Assembly: GCA_008632985.1 (NCBI GenBank)
Contig: QPGO01000013.1
Location: forward strand, 372,001-436,000
Direction of reading: 5' to 3'
DNA from: Psammoneis japonica
Taxonomy: Eukaryota
Length of the DNA stretch: 64,000 nucleotides
The position numbers and the translations under genes are program-made. The notes beneath the pieces are model-generated. The model did not search any database, was not told the origin of the DNA, and saw only the letters and a list, made by a program, of their open reading frames with translations. This document shows positions 60,130 to 64,000 of the stretch, one piece after another. Positions within the stretch are counted from its first letter, which is position 1; each line of letters opens with the position of its first letter.

Positions 60130-62520
60130 CCAGCACAGCTGGCAAAGGAGTGACAGCACTTAAAAAACAGATCTGTTTTTTTGGTGTGCTTGCTGGTGCT
60201 TTTGAGTTTCCAACAAGCACAGCCATTTATGTTGTTGGCAATGACATCATGGTTGGCCTGCTTGGATGGACAAATGAGGCATTGTGATGACCCAAAAAGA
60301 GAAAAGCTGGACAATGTTCAGCTGGCATTTCTTGTTGCACTGTCAGACACTGCAGCAACAGGGGTCTTTTCAGTGCCAGCTTGATGCTGCACATGCCTTC
60401 CAGCTGCCACTGAGTTTTCATGAGTTCTCCAAGAAGCAGCTCAGCAGTGATGCCTGTCATTTTTGTCTTGTCCATCAGCTGATCAAAGTTGACTCTCATG
60501 TGTTTCTGTGGATCCTTTCTCTTGTGGTGCACACTGCATGCAATGTCACAGATCTTGCTCAATCTAGACAAAACTTAATCAAAGGATGCAGTGGGGAAGA
60601 TCGTTTCAGAAAACACACTCAGATGGACATCATCATGGCATTCTCTGGCTTCTTCTACAGCTGCAAGAGTGGAGCAGCATTGAGGCATTTTGCCATCCCC
60701 CCACTGGTGGCAACTCAAGTCAACAAGGAAATGAGCTTGCTGCTCTTGCTTTTGAAGCTGGGCTTTTCACAACCAAATGCAGGAGGTTGCTTCTTGTGTG
60801 CCACATGAGACACAAGGCTTTTTTTGCCCACTCATGTCTGCACAAAACAGCATCTTTTTCAACACATTGCACAGAATGTTTGCTTGTGCAGGAAAGGAAA
60901 GTGTTCAATCAGTGGAGGGCTCAGGCTGTCCAGGATCAACTGGTGCAGCACAACAGCTTCTGGAAGAGAGAAGTGACGACATCATCTTTGTCAACAAGTG
61001 TGCCGTCAACATCCTTTTTTCTTTGCAATGTGCTGAAGCACCTCCCAGCTTTGTTTGGGGTGCTCTGCTGAGTGTGCTGTTCAAGAATTGCAGACACATT
61101 TGACCTTGTTGTCCACATTTTGAGATCTCTTTTGTCTTTGGGGTTTTGGACAGACTGAAGTTTTGCACACTTGGCAGAGACTTCTCCACCTGCTCTTTGG
61201 AGGAATTCTTCAGCCAGCTGCTGGCTGAATGACATTGTGCAAATTTTGGAATTGCACTGAAAAAGTTGTCAATCTGCACATTTGGGGATTTTTGTGCTGA
61301 ACACTGGACAGACTTGATGTCCTTTTGCATGCATGAAAATTGCGCTGGCAAAACTCCCCAACACACTGACAAGCAGACTTTTTTCAGCCAGCAGCTGGCT
61401 GGAGATGGTGCCCCCCATCTTCACACACTTAAAAAGTGCAGCTCTGTCATCTGCACTGCACTGCATTGGAGCCAAACATGCAAGTGTCTGAAGCTCTGTG
61501 TGGCATGTGACACCTGAGCTTGCAGGATGAGCTTGAGTCCTTTGAAGCCAAGTCACAAAATGGCCTGCTTGCTTTCTCATCACAGGTGCAAGGAGATCTC
61601 TGGCACAACTGGGTGAGCAATTTCCAATGAAGTGGCGCCCACAATGTTGCTCAGATGATTTGACAGAGAGGTCAATGACTCTGCTGCATCTTCTGATTCT
61701 TGATGCTTTTGCTTCTTCTTTGTCAGTTGACCAGAAGATTTGTGAAGAGAAAAGTCTTCTGTTGACAGACCACTTGTCTCAGCTCTGGCAACTTTTCTGG
61801 ATTGACCCTCTTGGGGTGCTTCCATGTTGTCTGATGAAGAGCAGCACAGGTCAGCAGAGGCACTTTTTGTTGTGGGCTCAATCTGATGGTGTGTCTGGCC
61901 GGGGGCACTGGCTCTGCTGCTGCTGCTGCTGCTGTGCTCTGCAGGCCCGCAGGCACAGGAGACAACAGCAGGAGGGGAGGATGCAGACAACCAAAAGACT
62001 TGGTGGTCTCTGCTTTGTCATTCACCAGCTGCCTTCTTGCCCCAAACCAAGCTTCCCTGACATCTCAGATCACTTGCTTGTCATGGGCGCACAAGCGCAA
62101 ACGGCTTTCCACATCCTTTCTCAGCCTCTGCCAAAACAACTGTGACAACAGCAGTGCTGCAAATCAAACTCACCTTGAGTTGTTTGCACAATTCTGCAAT
62201 CTTTCTTTCACAAAAATGGCTGCATGCATTGACAAGGGACGCTTGGTCAATGTGTGCACTGCCTTGGCAAAAAGCAAAGCATCGTCCTCGCTTGGGGGAG
62301 CTTTGTTGCCTTGCATTTTTTTGCTGTTGTGTGTGTTTGACCACCCAGCATGAATGTTTGTCTGGGGGCAACTCCATCCACACTGCCATTTTCATTGCAT
62401 TGGTCAATGAATGTCTGCACTCTGGCATGTGCTTTGGTCAGAGAGACCTTTGCAACCTTCCCTTCTCTGGTGGATGGCAGTCAGACATGGAGAACGAAAA
62501 TGTGTGAGAAGTTGGCATGT
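60130..62520. repeat. Hypermutated unclassified repeat-derived DNA
   Basis: TpA/CpG-depleted; no family recognised. Confidence 0.55.
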
Positions 62521-62907
62521 TGAAAACGAACATGTGTAAAGAAGGAAAAAATCGAGCAGCAATCTCCATGCCATGTGCTCCCAATGGGGTGCAAAAAGAC
62601 TCTCCAGATGCGATTGCCGCTCGATTTTCAACATTGACTCTGCTGCAAACGATCTTCCTGCTGCCATTGTCGATGTCGTTCATTTTTTTCTCGTGCAAAA
62701 AGGACGAAGATTGTCGTATGGCGGACGAACGCGCAGAAGATATTTTTTAGAGAATCAATGCAAATGGCGTCGGCGGTCGGCGGCGTCTGTTTAAACCACT
62801 CAAACACACACAAACACACATGGTTTAGGCAGTCCAACCGAAACTCTAGTGTGTGTACAAATAACATTTCTAATTTTGGGTCGTAACTACTGCATCGATG
62901 ATTCCAT

Positions 62908-64000
62908 CTAAACGCACTGTGTGCAGCAAGTGCAGTTGACTTCTGGACTCGTGCCACCACAATCGGCAATAAGACTCGTCATGTTTCCTCCGTTCCCTCG
63001 TGATTTCAAAAAGTCGCACACAGCAACAGGCATTTCACCCGTAATTCCCGTTGCGTGAACATTCAAGACTTCCAAGTTTGAATAGGTACCAAGTGCCGGT
63101 GGCAAGGTTCCAGTAAACAAGTTTTCGTGAACCTGCAGAAACTCGAGCAGAGGAAAGTTTTGCATACCACTAATGGGTCCCGACAATCGGTTGTTGTTCA
63201 TATCCAACTGTGTCATTCCTGAAAGCGAATAAAGCTGAGACGGCAATGTGCCAGTCAAGGCATTGTAATCAACGTCGAAAAATTCCAGATTCGACATGAG
63301 CCCAATCTCGGAGGGTATGGTTCCGGTCAATCCACCATTTTCCATACCCCATCGTTCCAAACCAGTCAACTGACCCATTTCAACTGGAATAGTGCCGACA
63401 AGATTGTTATTCTCTGTTATTGCACAAAGAGCAGTAAAAAGAGTCAGAAGATTGCACCAAAGCACCGGTATTTCCGGAAAAAAACAAAGCACTTACCGAA
63501 TTCAATCTCCGTCACGCACAAGTTTCCGTCACAATTGATCCCAGCCCATTGACACTCATTGGTGGCGGCAAGAAACTTGTCATCGCCTTCAAAAGGAAAT
63601 GACGCTCCGCAGTTGACAGAGTTTGCGGAGCACTTGGACCAGTTGTCACCATTGGTCGAAAAGTACATGACTGCAAGAGCATACCGTTGGCGAATACCGC
63701 CGCAGGGGCTTGGATCGTTGGGGCACACCGAGAGAGCGTCCTCGTGAATGATCCAGTTGGCAGCTTTACCTTGAGGGGTAGCCGCATTCTGAACCAAAGC
63801 CGGGCCGACACTGCATTCAAAATGGTCATAATGGCATCCGAACGCTCCGTTTCCGTGAGACCGCAATTCAGAGTTGGTGCCGGAGACAGAGACGGGGTAG
63901 CTGACGGGGCAATGGTTGGACTTTTCGTCGGAGACAATGTCGGACTCTCGGTAGGGACTCTCGTGGGGGGCGAAGAAGGAGCAGCCGAAGGTGTCCCGGT
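62908..64000 (-). CDS. Leucine-rich-repeat protein, 5' end outside the window; intron 63496-63414; apparent 1-nt frameshift near 63805
   Basis: Pro/Thr/Ser stalk; QRYALAVMYFSTNGDNW; ECQWAGINC; EIEF|ENNNLVGTIP; plant-type LRRs; C-terminal LIADC...CTCCTQC. Confidence 0.88.

Overview
Eukaryotic nuclear DNA, most likely a diatom (GT-AG introns of about 80-135 bp, CoDi-type Copia remnants, diatom-typical gene families). It has two compartments. (1) Gene islands of ordinary composition (about 10.5-12.1, 17.5-31.3, 56.2-58.6 and 62.8-64 kb) carry 10 genes: a hypothetical protein, a Lys-rich repeat protein, an Ig/SGNH protein, a NIPP1-like FHA protein, an ankyrin protein, a membrane-anchored kinase, a putative plastid protein, two claudin-like proteins and an LRR protein. 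(2) Nested transposon blocks (Gypsy, Copia, Tc1-like, LINE, unclassified) in which TpA and CpG are almost entirely converted to TpG/CpA. The main finding is the TpA loss. Conserved Tyr codons have become His/Cys, LTR and TIR pairs differ mainly by TG/CA swaps, some elements have lost TpA but kept CpG, and two recently inserted MITEs are untouched. This suggests a repeat-targeted, RIP-like A:T->G:C hypermutation at TpA, which 5mC deamination alone does not explain. Most short ORFs in the repeat blocks are artefacts of lost TAA/TAG stops. Counts are by hand and family assignments come from motif recognition, not database searches.
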